64,000 nt of DNA, taken from positions 12,750-76,749 of the forward strand of contig JACQCQ010000002.1 in the NCBI GenBank assembly GCA_016201505.1, given 5' to 3'. The stretch comes from Candidatus Sungiibacteriota bacterium. Its GTDB lineage: Bacteria; Patescibacteriota; Minisyncoccia; Sungbacterales; JACQCQ01. The notes under the pieces are model-generated. The model was not told the DNA's origin. It saw nothing but the letters and a program-made list of their open reading frames with translations, and did not search any database. Below, one piece after another: positions 45,418-56,598 of this stretch (within the stretch, counting starts at the first letter, position 1; every line of letters begins with the position of its first letter). A program made the translations under genes and the position numbers.

Positions 45418-47270
45418 TGGTTGAAGGCGTAGAAGTCGTAGAAGCGCTGGATTAAATCATCCAAGTTATGTCGTTTTACTACCTCCTCGCGCAAGGCAAG
45501 GTTCTTTTTGCCCGGACGCTGCGAAAATTCCTCGATTTTTCGAGCCAGATGTTCCAATGAGAGCGATTCGATGAAATTTTCACCTGGGACGAGCGGCTTA
45601 AAAGTTCCGTTGCTCGTCAATACATTCAGCCCGCAGGCCATGGCTTCGAGCACGACTTTATCGATACCGGTTTTGCCTGCCAGGTTTAAAAATAAATCAT
45701 GTGAGTTGTAGATTTTTGGCATATCGAAGTTCTCGGCCCGGCCTTTTAGGAAAATCCTATCTTCTAATTGGTTATCTTGAATGTATTGCTTAATGCGGCC
45801 GTAATACTCCCAGTCTTTATCGAGTGCCGGCAGGCTGTAGATATCAAGGAGAACACGTACCCCTTTATCTTTTAGCGCTTTTACCGCTTGGCACATGAGC
45901 ATCTGATTTTTGGTTTCAGTAATGCGGCCCAATGAAAGAAGTCGGAATGTTTTATCACGCGCGATTTCATCCATGGGCCGGTAGAAGTTCGTATCAATGC
46001 CGTGGCCGGTTGCCACCCGATTTTTCGTCTTATAAGGGAAGGTATCGTATGAGGCGGTCAGCACCGCATCCACCAGATGTGCCGCCAGTCTTGCATCCCA
46101 ATTGACGGTCCGATGGTTATACCAAAGCGCCTTTTTCTTGCCGAACAAGATGTAAAGCGGCCAGCCTAAAATGGCATAAATTTGATTCATGTGGATGAAG
46201 ACACCATCAACTTGGGGCAAGAACCGCAGAAGATAGCGGTAAAAATTAAAAAGTCGTGCAATTTTCAGATTACCGAGCTCTTTGCCTAGACTTACCACCT
46301 CAACATTTTTGGGCAACGGGTCGTATCTGCCTTCCTCGAGGCAAATCACCTTGACTTCGGCAAAATATTTGGCGAAGGTATTGATCCAGCGGATAAAAAA
46401 CCACAGATCAAAATCAGCCTCGCTGACTTTCTGCGTTAAAATCAAAATTGAAAGCGCCGGTTTATCGGGCGTCATGAAAAGTTTTTTGTATTTGGCATTT
46501 TCTCGAACGAGAAACGGAAAGAAATCGCGCTCGGGCATGACCTCTTTGGATAAATGGGCCAGCGCCATGGCATCTTTCGGCAAGCATTTCCCGCCAAAGC
46601 CCATCAGGCTGTCATTGCAGTCGAGATAATGATCCTCAATATTATAGCGCTTCACCGCGGCATTTTTTACCTTCTCGTATGAAATGCCGAGTTTTCGCAT
46701 GAGCTCGTAAAATTCAGTTGAGAATAAGACCCGTGTGGCATTAAAACTGTTGGTAAAATATTTTACAGCTTCGGCCTCTTTGGGGGAGAGCCAAACGATG
46801 TCTTTGGCAACACCTCGATGAATACTCTCGAGAAGTTCTGCATCCGCCTGATTATATGCGCCGATAACGCAAAGATCCTGATGTTTTAAAAAGTCTTCTT
46901 GGGCGTATTTTTCGCGTAAGAACTCGGGATTATGCGCGAGTCTCAACTCTGGAAACTTATCATGCAGGGTATCAGTCGTTCCCGGAATGATAGTTGACTT
47001 GATGGTTATAAGTCCCCTGAAATTATGTCTTTCGAGAGTAGCCAGGGTTTCCTCGATGATGCCAGCGTCACAGCTTCCATCAGGCCGAGATGGCGTCGGG
47101 AGTGAAATAAAAATAATTTCCCGGTCCAGCAAATTTTCTAGTCTCTGTTCGGGGTACTTACTATCAAACCCCCTCATGTCGTGGCCGAGACTCGCAAGCG
47201 CCGAAAATACGGCGCCGCCGACCGCACCCAGACCAATGACTCCGATCTTTCGTTTTTCAAACTTCTGCAT
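45414..47270 (-). CDS. Nucleotide-sugar (UDP-glucose/GDP-mannose type) dehydrogenase fragment fused to a GT4 glycosyltransferase
   Basis: GLGAVG, KST, PEFLRE, GFGGKCLPKD; then a GT-B part with GRI...KN and DKVVLEAMACG. Confidence 0.85.
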   Translation of the reverse strand: MQKFEKRKIGVIGLGAVGGAVFSALASLGHDMRGFDSKYPEQRLENLLDREIIFISLPTPSRPDGSCDAGIIEETLATLERHNFRGLITIKSTIIPGTTDTLHDKFPELRLAHNPEFLREKYAQEDFLKHQDLCVIGAYNQADAELLESIHRGVAKDIVWLSPKEAEAVKYFTNSFNATRVLFSTEFYELMRKLGISYEKVKNAAVKRYNIEDHYLDCNDSLMGFGGKCLPKDAMALAHLSKEVMPERDFFPFLVRENAKYKKLFMTPDKPALSILILTQKVSEADFDLWFFIRWINTFAKYFAEVKVICLEEGRYDPLPKNVEVVSLGKELGNLKIARLFNFYRYLLRFLPQVDGVFIHMNQIYAILGWPLYILFGKKKALWYNHRTVNWDARLAAHLVDAVLTASYDTFPYKTKNRVATGHGIDTNFYRPMDEIARDKTFRLLSLGRITETKNQMLMCQAVKALKDKGVRVLLDIYSLPALDKDWEYYGRIKQYIQDNQLEDRIFLKGRAENFDMPKIYNSHDLFLNLAGKTGIDKVVLEAMACGLNVLTSNGTFKPLVPGENFIESLSLEHLARKIEEFSQRPGKKNLALREEVVKRHNLDDLIQRFYDFYAFNH

Positions 47271-47400
47271 GGTATCATCAGCCTACGGACGGGGCTATAT
47301 TTAAAACTTTGGCCTAAAAACTCCGGTTCTATACTATACGTAACGGTAAAACTATAGCCTAAGTTTCAGCTAATTTCCATCGCATTGGCGTAACGGCCTC

Positions 47401-48219
47401 ATGGGCAAAGGGATTTTTGCGAATAGGTTAAAACAAGCTATCCGACTATTCACGCTCGGATTTTTAAGTCTATGCTGCCGGCTGGTCTCTCCATGGCTTT
47501 CTCGTCCTGAAGTTTTAGTTCTGGTGTATCACTCGGTCCGGGATGATGATTGGTTTTATTCCGTCTCCCCGGCTGATTTTCAACGCCAAATCAAATATAT
47601 CAAAGAACAGTATCATCCGGTCTCACTCGCCGATGTCTGCCAATATGCCAAAGGAATAAAATTGCTTGCTCATCGCTCCATAGCAGTTACCTTTGATGAT
47701 GGTTATGAAGACTTCAAAACCAATGCCCTGCCAATTTTGGAGATGTATCAAATACCAGTGACATTATTTGTTTCGGCTGGAGTCGTTGATGCTAAAGACT
47801 TAGGAACAAACCTGCCGACCCTGCAGGGCGTCGCCTTAAAAGAAATTTCTGCTCATCCGCTTGTCAAAATCGGCAGCCACGCCATGACGCACAGAAAATT
47901 AACCAGGCTTTCAGCCGAGAATCAAAAAGAAGAAGTCATAAAATCAAAGAGACTGCTTGAGGCTATGCTGGAAATTCCCGTCCATTTTTTTGCCTATCCA
48001 AAGGGAAATTTCAGCACTGGCACGCGAAATATCATAAAAGATGCCGGATATCGTGGAGCAGTGACGGTAATTCAAACAACCATAAAACCAGGCAATGATC
48101 CCTATCTTCTGCCGCGTATCCAAATCGATCGGTCGATCGGATTTTCTGAATTTGTTTTGCGGCTGACTCGGGTCGCTGATTGGTATTACGCGCTATGGTG
48201 TTTGATCATCCATGGATAA
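47401..48219 (+). CDS. Polysaccharide deacetylase (CE4)
   Basis: LVYHSV, TFDDGY, GSHAMTH, FAYPKG. Confidence 0.9.
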   Translation: MGKGIFANRLKQAIRLFTLGFLSLCCRLVSPWLSRPEVLVLVYHSVRDDDWFYSVSPADFQRQIKYIKEQYHPVSLADVCQYAKGIKLLAHRSIAVTFDDGYEDFKTNALPILEMYQIPVTLFVSAGVVDAKDLGTNLPTLQGVALKEISAHPLVKIGSHAMTHRKLTRLSAENQKEEVIKSKRLLEAMLEIPVHFFAYPKGNFSTGTRNIIKDAGYRGAVTVIQTTIKPGNDPYLLPRIQIDRSIGFSEFVLRLTRVADWYYALWCLIIHG

Positions 48220-48997
48220 AATTCCGGTTTCAGTCTTCATACTGACGAAAAACTCTGAAGCGACCTTGGGGCGCGCTCTTTTGTCAGTGAAAGACTTTGA
48301 TGACGTCATTGTCTCTGATGGAGGCTCGGTCGACGGGACGGTCGAAATTGCCCGTCGCCACAATGCTTCGATATTTTTACAACACGAAGCTTGTCTCAAA
48401 AACGGCAGTGTCACGGATTTTTCCTGCTTAAGGAACGACTGTCTCTCGCATGCCAAATATGACTGGGTTTTGTATGTTGATTCCGACGAGTCTATTAGCC
48501 AAGGGCTGGCGGCGGAAATCAAGGATGTCGTCTCCAAGAATCCTTCGCATACGGCGTTTCAGGTTCCGGGTCAAATAATATTGGATGGCAAGCCGATTCG
48601 GTTTTCATCGAATTACCCGGCTTATCAAATTCGATTTTTTAGAAAGTCGAAAGGCCGTTTCGAGAAACCCATTCATGAGCGCTTCCGTGTTGCTTCAGGC
48701 TCTATCGGAACTTTGCAAAATCCCTGGCATTATTACGTAGCGTCCCGATCTTCAGAAGAGGATTATCGGCGGGATCTTGCACGCGATATGCCTATCTACC
48801 AATCTCGGTACGGAGGTCATTCGGTTGGCGGGAAAGGTAGAGGCCTGTTTCTTGCCCTCCGCACTATTCTCGTGATCATCATAAAATCGATCAGAAATTA
48901 TATGCTTCACGGCCTTGGCGACTCCTACCCACCGAAGCTTGAAATCCGGCGCATCCGTTATCAGTTTGCCATCATTAAAGCTATCCTCCATGCATAA
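48212..48997 (+). CDS. GT2 glycosyltransferase
   Basis: ILTKNSE, DGGS.DGT, WVLYVDSDE, IHE. Confidence 0.88.
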   Translation: MDKIPVSVFILTKNSEATLGRALLSVKDFDDVIVSDGGSVDGTVEIARRHNASIFLQHEACLKNGSVTDFSCLRNDCLSHAKYDWVLYVDSDESISQGLAAEIKDVVSKNPSHTAFQVPGQIILDGKPIRFSSNYPAYQIRFFRKSKGRFEKPIHERFRVASGSIGTLQNPWHYYVASRSSEEDYRRDLARDMPIYQSRYGGHSVGGKGRGLFLALRTILVIIIKSIRNYMLHGLGDSYPPKLEIRRIRYQFAIIKAILHA

Positions 48998-49616
48998 CGT
49001 CCAAGTCGAACGCGAGCACTATTTTAACTGGCGCTACATCAAGGCCGAGCGCTGGATGAGCTATTGGCATCAGTTGGAGAATGTAGTCTCGACAAAGCCG
49101 CAATCGGTTTTAGAAATCGGCGTGGGAAACTCAATTGTCCGTGAGACATTAAAAAAATTGAATATTCAAGTAACAACAGTCGATATCGATGCCTCGTTGA
49201 ATCCTGATCTCGTGGCTTCGGTGGTTAAACTGCCTCTCGCTGATAATTCTTTCGATACTGTTCTGGCGGCTGAAATTTTAGAACATATTCCATTTGGGGA
49301 GCTAGAAAATGCGCTTGGTGAATTGCATCGCGTATCCCAGGAGTATGTTGTCATCTCGTTGCCTCACGTTGGCTCGCAATTCATGCTTTCATTTAAAATT
49401 CCCTTACTCAAAAAAGTAACTGTATTTTTTAAAGTTCCTCATTTTTGGAAAACAAAAACCTCAACCCCCGAACATCATTGGGAAATTGGCATGTCCGGCT
49501 TTTCGCTGGCGCGTATTAGGCATCAGTTCAAGGAGGCTAGATTCCGAGTTTTAAAGGCTCGAGGCTACGCCGACGATCCCGCGCACATCCATTTTATTCT
49601 AGAGAAACATGACTAG
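48990..49616 (+). CDS. Class I SAM methyltransferase
   Basis: VLEIGVG, LP.ADNSFD, ILEHIP. Confidence 0.85.
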   Translation: MHNVQVEREHYFNWRYIKAERWMSYWHQLENVVSTKPQSVLEIGVGNSIVRETLKKLNIQVTTVDIDASLNPDLVASVVKLPLADNSFDTVLAAEILEHIPFGELENALGELHRVSQEYVVISLPHVGSQFMLSFKIPLLKKVTVFFKVPHFWKTKTSTPEHHWEIGMSGFSLARIRHQFKEARFRVLKARGYADDPAHIHFILEKHD

Positions 49617-50730
49617 CCGGATTATCTATGTCGCAAATGTCAGGATGCCGACCGAGCGCGCGCATGGGCTTCAAATCGTAAAAATGTGTGAGGCGTTCTC
49701 CAGCGCCGGTGCGGCGGTGACGCTAGTTGTGCCCAGGAGGAAGAATCTGATTACAGCCGATCCTTTTGAGTTTTATGGAATTCCCAAATCATTTGAGATT
49801 CGCTGGCTCCCCGTTTGGGATCTTGTCTCCTGGGGCTATCTTGGTTATGTCATCGAAGCCATCTCGTTTGCGTTTGCGACCATCAGAATACCCGTACAAA
49901 AAACGGATATACTATTTACGCGCGATATATTTTCCACCCTTCTCTTTTCGTTCCGTACGAGAAATGTTTTCTACGAAATGCATAATTTCCCGAGATCTGG
50001 ATTATGGTTCTGGCGTCTAACTTTGAAACGAATGCGTGGCATCATCTCAACCAACAAATGGAAAGCAGACCAGCTGATACTCCAATTCGGATTTTCAAAA
50101 AACCGCATCATATCATTTCCCAATGGATTTGATCCGACTGAATTTGTGGGCCTATCTCCAGCCAGTTTCAGATTCAGCGCTGAAAGACCGGTCATTCTCT
50201 ATACCGGAAATCTTTTCGGCTGGAAGGGGGCAGACATTTTGGCTCGCGCCGCTAAAATCCTTCCCACGTACGATTTTGTCTTTATCGGCGGCTCGCCGCG
50301 CGAATATGAGGACTTCAGAAAAAAATTTGGCAGTTACGCAAATATTCATTTACTGGGGAGAAGGCCGCATAATGAGATTCCGCGGTATCTAGCTACGGCC
50401 GACATACTCGCACTGCCGAATTCAGCCCAAGATCCGGAATCGGTCTACAGCACTTCACCGATTAAGCTATTTGAGTATATGGCCTCCGGAAAGCCTATCG
50501 TTGCGGCTGATCTTCCCGCGATTCGCGAAATTGTGAGCGAGGAAGAGGTATTCTTTTTTCGACCCGATGATCCAGAGTCGTTGGCTGAAAAAATGAAAGA
50601 AGTTTTTCAAAATCTAGAATTTGGAGAGGGAAAAGCCAAAGCCGCGAAAATTAAGGTGAGTCAATACACCTGGGATCATCGCGCGCGTGCGATCCTTTCA
50701 TTTCTTGTGAGGCATGTTTCGACTCAATAA
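49609..50730 (+). CDS. GT4 glycosyltransferase
   Basis: PTERAHG, SPIKLFEYMASGKPIV. Confidence 0.9.
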   Translation: MTSRIIYVANVRMPTERAHGLQIVKMCEAFSSAGAAVTLVVPRRKNLITADPFEFYGIPKSFEIRWLPVWDLVSWGYLGYVIEAISFAFATIRIPVQKTDILFTRDIFSTLLFSFRTRNVFYEMHNFPRSGLWFWRLTLKRMRGIISTNKWKADQLILQFGFSKNRIISFPNGFDPTEFVGLSPASFRFSAERPVILYTGNLFGWKGADILARAAKILPTYDFVFIGGSPREYEDFRKKFGSYANIHLLGRRPHNEIPRYLATADILALPNSAQDPESVYSTSPIKLFEYMASGKPIVAADLPAIREIVSEEEVFFFRPDDPESLAEKMKEVFQNLEFGEGKAKAAKIKVSQYTWDHRARAILSFLVRHVSTQ

Positions 50731-52114
50731 AAACGAAAAAATAATATTTTGGGCTTCGATTGCGGTCAAGCTCGTCTTTTTTGTTTTCATTGGCTCAATC
50801 TTTGGCTGGCATCAGCCGTTTTCCCAAATTCAGTCTGACGGCTACCTACCGAGAGCGGAAAATATTTTTTACCACCACGTGTTCTCGAGCGACGCAACCC
50901 CGCCCTATCGTCTGGAATCGATGAGTACGCCGGGCTATCCGCTCTTTCTTGCCACGACAGCAGTGCCATTTGGCACGGTGATTTTCGCGCTTCTTATTCA
51001 GATTTTTCTCGTATCGTATGCCGCTGTGCTATTTTTTGCCTCTTTGAAAGGGCTTTTACCCTTTAAGGCCGCTTTTTTGGGGGGTGTCATATTTGCTATC
51101 GAGCCCTGGAACGCCTATTCAGCGAACTCTGTTCTCTCGGAATCATTATTTCTTTTTTTTCTGATTCTTGGCTGGTATTTGGCGAAACTGGCGTACCAAA
51201 ATCTAAACCCGCGTGATTTTTTCTTTGCAGGACTCTCTCTTGGTCTCGCCGCCTTTTTGCGTCCGATCGGCCTTTACCTTCTGCCGCTTGGCGCCTTATG
51301 GTTGCTCATTCTTCTATTTAAAAAAATTGGCGCGCGGAAGATGATTTTTTATGCGGGTTTGTTTCTCGTGGGCGGATATCTCATTATTGGCGCTTGGTCG
51401 CTTCGTAATTTAAAAGAACTCGGGACCTACTCATTTGCCACCAAGGGACCGCATACGCTGTATTTCTATAACGTCGAACAGCTGCTGGTTTTTGAGAAAC
51501 ATATTTCCGCGGGGGAAGCCGATGAGTTTCTCTATGACCGAGCCAAAAAAGATTTCCCCGATCTCCGGTCAAAAGAGGAGCTAAATGACGTGAAGTATGG
51601 CCCATACCTGACGCACGAGTCACTCGCGATTATCAGCCAATATAAAAAAGATTATCTAAAGCTTCAGATCCTTTCGATGGGTACCTTCTTTTTTTCGGAT
51701 GGGTATCGTCTACTCGCCTCGGAGCTCGGCGTCCATTTGGGAGCGTTACCGAACATAACCTATCTTATATTTCACCATGAGTTTCAGACGTTATTTTTGT
51801 ATCTTAAGTCTGATGCATTAACCGCCATTCTCTTTTTTACCGGCCTCGTCTTCTGGGGGCTTTGCTCGATCCTCGCGTTTCTTTCGTTTCCGCTCGCGTT
51901 TTTGAGACGCGATTCTCGAGCCGCAAAAATGACTATTCTCATATTGCTCTCGATTATTTTCTATTTTGCGGTTTTGACGGGTCCTGTTGCTCAGGCACGC
52001 TACCGTGTTCCCATAACGCCATTTCTTTTTGTGCTTGCAGCTTACTCCGTCATAAAATTAAAGGAGAATCGGCATCAGGTTGAATCAGACAACATTCTGT
52101 ATTATCCTAACTGA
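50714..52114 (+). CDS. Multi-TM GT-C (ArnT/PMT-like) glycosyltransferase
   Basis: [25 protein letters not shown]; many TM helices. Confidence 0.78.
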   Translation: MFRLNKNEKIIFWASIAVKLVFFVFIGSIFGWHQPFSQIQSDGYLPRAENIFYHHVFSSDATPPYRLESMSTPGYPLFLATTAVPFGTVIFALLIQIFLVSYAAVLFFASLKGLLPFKAAFLGGVIFAIEPWNAYSANSVLSESLFLFFLILGWYLAKLAYQNLNPRDFFFAGLSLGLAAFLRPIGLYLLPLGALWLLILLFKKIGARKMIFYAGLFLVGGYLIIGAWSLRNLKELGTYSFATKGPHTLYFYNVEQLLVFEKHISAGEADEFLYDRAKKDFPDLRSKEELNDVKYGPYLTHESLAIISQYKKDYLKLQILSMGTFFFSDGYRLLASELGVHLGALPNITYLIFHHEFQTLFLYLKSDALTAILFFTGLVFWGLCSILAFLSFPLAFLRRDSRAAKMTILILLSIIFYFAVLTGPVAQARYRVPITPFLFVLAAYSVIKLKENRHQVESDNILYYPN

Positions 52115-52121
52115 CGACTTT

Positions 52122-53177
52122 ATGAAGGGGAGTAAGAAAGCCTTAATCACGGGCATCACGGGCCAAGACGGGTCATATTTGGCCGATTTGCTGATGGAGA
52201 AAGGCTATGAGGTGCATGGCATTATACGGCGCGCCTCCGTTCCGAATACCTGGCGGATTGACCATTTAATCGATCCATCAGGCACCCCGACCGAACGTTT
52301 CTTTCTTCACTACGGCGACTTAACCGATGCTTCGGTCTTGAATCGCTTGCTGCGCACCATCCGTCCTGATGAGATTTATCATTTGGGCGCGCAATCATTC
52401 GTGCGTGGTTCATTCGATATTCCAGAGTACACGTTGAATGTTACCGGTATCGGTACCTTGCGTATTTTAGACGCCATGCGCGACGCGGGTCTAAATCACA
52501 CGCGCTTCTATCAGGCCTCAAGCTCCGAGATGTATGGCGATGTGTTAGAAATGCCGCAGACGGAAACCACGCCCTTTAATCCGCGCAGCCCTTATGGGAT
52601 TGCCAAAGTCGCCGCTCACTGGACAGCGAAAAATTATCGCGACGGCTACGGCATGTTTGCTTCAAACGGTATTTTATTTAACCATGAGTCGCCACGGCGT
52701 GGCGAGTTATTTGTAACCAAAAAGATTACGAAAGCTATCGCCAATATCCTCGTCGGAAAACAAGACAAGTTATATTTAGGAAATTTAGAGGCGAGGCGCG
52801 ACTGGGGGTACGCGCCGGAATACGTCGAGGCTATGTGGTTGATGCTGCAAGCCGACAAGCCGGATGATTTTGTGATTGCGACCGGTGAGGACCATTCGGT
52901 GCGCGAGTTTTTAGAGAGAGCCTTTGACTACGCCGGACTTGATTGGAAAAAGTACGTCGAAATCGATCCAGCGCACTTCCGGCCGACCGAGGTAAATAAG
53001 CTTCGCGGGGACGCCTCAAAAGCTAAAAAAGTTTTAGGCTGGGCACCAAAAATAAAATTTGAAAAATTAGTTAAGCTGATGGTAGATGAGGATTTAAAAG
53101 AGGCTGGAGTTTCAGCTAAGCACAGGCCTATAAAGCAAAAAGCTTTAAAGGAGAAATCAATGAAGACCAAAAGCTAG
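52122..53177 (+). CDS. gmd: GDP-mannose 4,6-dehydratase
   Basis: [33 protein letters not shown]. Confidence 0.97.
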   Translation: MKGSKKALITGITGQDGSYLADLLMEKGYEVHGIIRRASVPNTWRIDHLIDPSGTPTERFFLHYGDLTDASVLNRLLRTIRPDEIYHLGAQSFVRGSFDIPEYTLNVTGIGTLRILDAMRDAGLNHTRFYQASSSEMYGDVLEMPQTETTPFNPRSPYGIAKVAAHWTAKNYRDGYGMFASNGILFNHESPRRGELFVTKKITKAIANILVGKQDKLYLGNLEARRDWGYAPEYVEAMWLMLQADKPDDFVIATGEDHSVREFLERAFDYAGLDWKKYVEIDPAHFRPTEVNKLRGDASKAKKVLGWAPKIKFEKLVKLMVDEDLKEAGVSAKHRPIKQKALKEKSMKTKS

Positions 53178-53181
53178 TGTC

Positions 53182-54135
53182 ATGGAATTGCGCGATAAGA
53201 AAATTTTAGTTACCGGTGGGGCTGGATTTCTAGGTTCAGCAGTTGTTCGCACGCTCAAAGGTCGAGGAGTGCCTGAAAAGAGTATCTATATTCCTCGTTC
53301 AAAGACGCACGATTTGCGAGAAAGGAAAGTTTGCGAAGAGGTCGTGAAAGACAAAGACCTGGTTATTCATCTATCGGCGAAAGTTGGTGGGATTGGGTTT
53401 AATCGCGAAAATCCCGCGACAATTTATTATGACAATTTAATCATGGGCGCCGAATTAATGGAGGCGGCGCGAAAAGCCAAGATTGAAAAATTCGTAGCGA
53501 TCGGAACTGTTTGTGCCTATCCTAAATTTGCTCCAGTTCCCTTCAGTGAAGACGACATTTGGAACGGCTATCCCGAGGAAACGAATGCGCCCTATGGACT
53601 CGCCAAAAAAATGATGCTGGTGCAAGCCCAAAGTTATCGCGACCAGTATGGATTTAATGCGATTTATTTGCTTCCGGTAAATCTCTATGGGCCGGGTGAT
53701 AATTTTGACCCCGTCTCATCGCATGTGATTCCAGCTCTCATCAAAAAATTTGTTGAAGCGAAAGAAAGCGGCTCGCCCTATGTGGAAGCCTGGGGAACGG
53801 GCACTCCAACGCGTGAGTTTTTGTATGTTGATGACGCCGCCGAAGGAATTGTGAAAGCCGCCGAGAACTATGACGGGCGGGATCCGGTTAACCTCGGTTC
53901 AGCATTCGAAATTTCCATCAAGGATTTAACAGGTTTAATTGCGCGGCTTGTCGGCTACAAAGGCAAAGTTCGTTGGGACACATCAAAACCCGATGGCCAG
54001 CCACGCCGCAAGCTCGATGTCTCCCGCGCGGAAAAACATTTCGGGTTTCTTGCGAAAACATCCTTTGAGGACGGACTCAAAAAGACGATTGGCTGGTATC
54101 AAGAAAATAAATCAAAGCCAAGCTTTTCAGTATGA
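53182..54135 (+). CDS. fcl: GDP-L-fucose synthase
   Basis: [38 protein letters not shown]. Confidence 0.95.
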   Translation: MELRDKKILVTGGAGFLGSAVVRTLKGRGVPEKSIYIPRSKTHDLRERKVCEEVVKDKDLVIHLSAKVGGIGFNRENPATIYYDNLIMGAELMEAARKAKIEKFVAIGTVCAYPKFAPVPFSEDDIWNGYPEETNAPYGLAKKMMLVQAQSYRDQYGFNAIYLLPVNLYGPGDNFDPVSSHVIPALIKKFVEAKESGSPYVEAWGTGTPTREFLYVDDAAEGIVKAAENYDGRDPVNLGSAFEISIKDLTGLIARLVGYKGKVRWDTSKPDGQPRRKLDVSRAEKHFGFLAKTSFEDGLKKTIGWYQENKSKPSFSV

Positions 54136-55535
54136 AAAAAGTGATTCAGGAATACTATGATGCCAGGGCCGATGAAATGGCGCGCTGGCACGGCAGGCGT
54201 AATTATTACCATCAGCAAATTAGAAATCTACTTAATTTTTTAGTTCCGCGAAATGTCTCCTTATTGGAGGTTGGTTCCGGAACAGGCGATTTACTTTCCA
54301 GTTTAAACGTAAAAGAAAAAAAAGGCATTGACATCAGCTCGAAGACCATCGAACTCTCTTTAAAGCTGCATCCCGGGCTTGACGTGCAGGTTGATGACAT
54401 TGAGTCTTTGCGCACCCGCGACCATTTTGATTGTATTTTATTTTCTGAATTAGTCGGCTCACTCTATGACATTCAGAAGGCGCTGGAGAATGCGAAAGCC
54501 ATTATCAACGAAGAAGGAAGGCTGGTTATTATCTATCACAATTATTTGTGGCAGCCAGTTCTTGTATTGCTTGAGTCACTAAAGTTAAAGGCAAAACCGC
54601 CGCTCCAAAATTGGCTGTCTCCGGCAGATCTTGAGAATTTTTTGGCGCTTGCGGGATTTGAGGTGATAAAATCCGGCCGGCGGGTATTGGTGCCGGTGTA
54701 TATTCCAGTTGTCTCCTGGTTTTTTAACCAGATCATCGTTCGTTTGCCATTGTTGTGGCGTCTTGGTTTGGTAAACTACGTCGTCGCACGGCCGCATATT
54801 GTCCGCCAGCCGGTATCAGTTTCGGTTGTTGTTGCGGCTCGCAATGAAAAAGGGAACATCGAGAAAATAATTGAGCGGGTGCCTGCCTTCCCCCAGTATT
54901 CAGAGATTATCTTTATTGAAGGCGGGTCATCTGATGGCACTTGGGAAGAAATTGAACGCGTCGCCGACAAATACAAAGGCAAGAAAAATATCACGATTGC
55001 AAAACAAGACGGAAAAGGAAAGGGGGATGCTGTCCATAAAGGATTTGGCCTCGCACGAGGCGAACTGCTTATGATTTTGGATGCTGATATGACGGTTGCG
55101 CCCGAGGATCTGCCGAAGTTTTATGAAGCGTATGTTTCTGGCCGCGGGGACTTCATTAACGGTTCGCGGCTTGTGTATCCGATGGAAAAGCAGGCCATGC
55201 GGTTTTTGAATATCTTAGGTAACAAGTTTTTCGCGACGGCTTTTTCCTGGTTATTGTCTCAACGCATTAAAGATACGCTTTGCGGCACGAAAGTACTCTC
55301 AAAGTCGGATTATCTCCGTATCGCCGCCAATCGCTCGTATTTCGGCGACTTTGATCCTTTCGGCGATTACGATTTGCTGTTTGGCGCCTCAAAATTAAAT
55401 TTAAAAATTATTGAAGTTCCCATCCGATATAAAGAGCGAACCTACGGCTCGACCAATATCCAGCGATTTCGACATGGTTTACTACTCCTGCAAATGTGCA
55501 TCTTTGCCGCGCGCAAGTTAAAGTTTAATCCTTAG
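54132..55535 (+). CDS. SAM methyltransferase plus GT2 (polyprenol-phosphate glycosyltransferase-like) fusion
   Basis: LEVGSGTG; VVAARNE, GKGDA, ILDAD, GSR, DTLCGTK. Confidence 0.88.
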   Translation: MKKVIQEYYDARADEMARWHGRRNYYHQQIRNLLNFLVPRNVSLLEVGSGTGDLLSSLNVKEKKGIDISSKTIELSLKLHPGLDVQVDDIESLRTRDHFDCILFSELVGSLYDIQKALENAKAIINEEGRLVIIYHNYLWQPVLVLLESLKLKAKPPLQNWLSPADLENFLALAGFEVIKSGRRVLVPVYIPVVSWFFNQIIVRLPLLWRLGLVNYVVARPHIVRQPVSVSVVVAARNEKGNIEKIIERVPAFPQYSEIIFIEGGSSDGTWEEIERVADKYKGKKNITIAKQDGKGKGDAVHKGFGLARGELLMILDADMTVAPEDLPKFYEAYVSGRGDFINGSRLVYPMEKQAMRFLNILGNKFFATAFSWLLSQRIKDTLCGTKVLSKSDYLRIAANRSYFGDFDPFGDYDLLFGASKLNLKIIEVPIRYKERTYGSTNIQRFRHGLLLLQMCIFAARKLKFNP

Positions 55536-55537
55536 GC

Positions 55538-55906
55538 ATGTTAAAGCTCATCAGTCTTTTGCTTTTTACCTCCGCGACCGCGGTCTTGAGTCAGATTTTA
55601 TTTAAGCGCGGGGTGCGTCTCGCAGGACCGGTGGCTCCAGGCGGCGAGGGTCTGTATCATCTTTTTTTAAGGCTTCTCTCGCTGCCGAGTTTTATTATCG
55701 CGCTTATTTCCTACGGGCTTTCGTTCATCGTCTGGATTTTGCTGCTTTCCAAAACCAACCTCTCGCTTGTCTATCCCGTCGGCATTGGGTTAAACGTCAT
55801 TTTTATCCTCATCTTCTCGCAAATTGTCTTGGGCGAGCCGATCCGTATGATTCAACTGCTTGGGGTTGCTCTTATTATCGGCGGCATATTTGTTGTGTTA
55901 GGCTAA
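55538..55906 (+). CDS. Small 4-TM EamA/ArnE-like transporter
   Basis: LS.VYP, GE......LGV.LII.GI. Confidence 0.8.
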   Translation: MLKLISLLLFTSATAVLSQILFKRGVRLAGPVAPGGEGLYHLFLRLLSLPSFIIALISYGLSFIVWILLLSKTNLSLVYPVGIGLNVIFILIFSQIVLGEPIRMIQLLGVALIIGGIFVVLG

Positions 55907-55910
55907 GACA

Positions 55911-56597
55911 ATGAGCGTTCAAGATGAGATTACCGGCCATTTTGACGCCATCGCGGCCGAATACGACTACTGGAAAAAGAAAAACTGGTACTATTATCGT
56001 GAATTAGAATCGATTGCCTCTAGGGAAGTTCGTCCAAGTGATCGTGTGCTGGACGCGGGTTGCGGTACGGGCAGCATGTTAGCTGCAGTCTCTTCTGCCG
56101 AGGGCGTGGGTGTTGATATTTCTCCTCAAATGATTCAGATTGCGAATGTCCGGCACGGCGATCAAAAAAATCTCTCTTTTTATGCGACTGACATAGTTGA
56201 TTTTTCTACTGATCGCCCCTTTGAAGTGATTTTATTTTTTGATGTTATCGAGCATTTGGAGAAACCCGCAGAAGTTATCAAAACCCTTAGTAGATTAGTA
56301 AAAAAGAACGGCAAACTCATCATCACCATGGCCAATCCCGCCTGGGAGCCAATCTTAATGCTTGGCGAGAAATTAAAATTAAAAATGAAAGAAGGCCCCC
56401 ATCATAGAATTTCCATCGGCGCGTTTCGAGCCATGCTCGAGCGGGCAGGATTTCATATCACCAAAACGGAAACTCGGCTCTTAATTCCCAAATATATTCC
56501 TTTCATTTCAAATCTGATAAATAAACTTGCTGCACGGATTCCTATCGTCCGAGACTGGGGAGTGATTAAGGTTTTTATCGCCTCGCGCGTGGCGTAA
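55911..56597 (+). CDS. Class I SAM methyltransferase
   Basis: VLDAGCGTG, GVDIS, DVIEHL. Confidence 0.88.
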   Translation: MSVQDEITGHFDAIAAEYDYWKKKNWYYYRELESIASREVRPSDRVLDAGCGTGSMLAAVSSAEGVGVDISPQMIQIANVRHGDQKNLSFYATDIVDFSTDRPFEVILFFDVIEHLEKPAEVIKTLSRLVKKNGKLIITMANPAWEPILMLGEKLKLKMKEGPHHRISIGAFRAMLERAGFHITKTETRLLIPKYIPFISNLINKLAARIPIVRDWGVIKVFIASRVA

Positions 56598-56598
56598 T

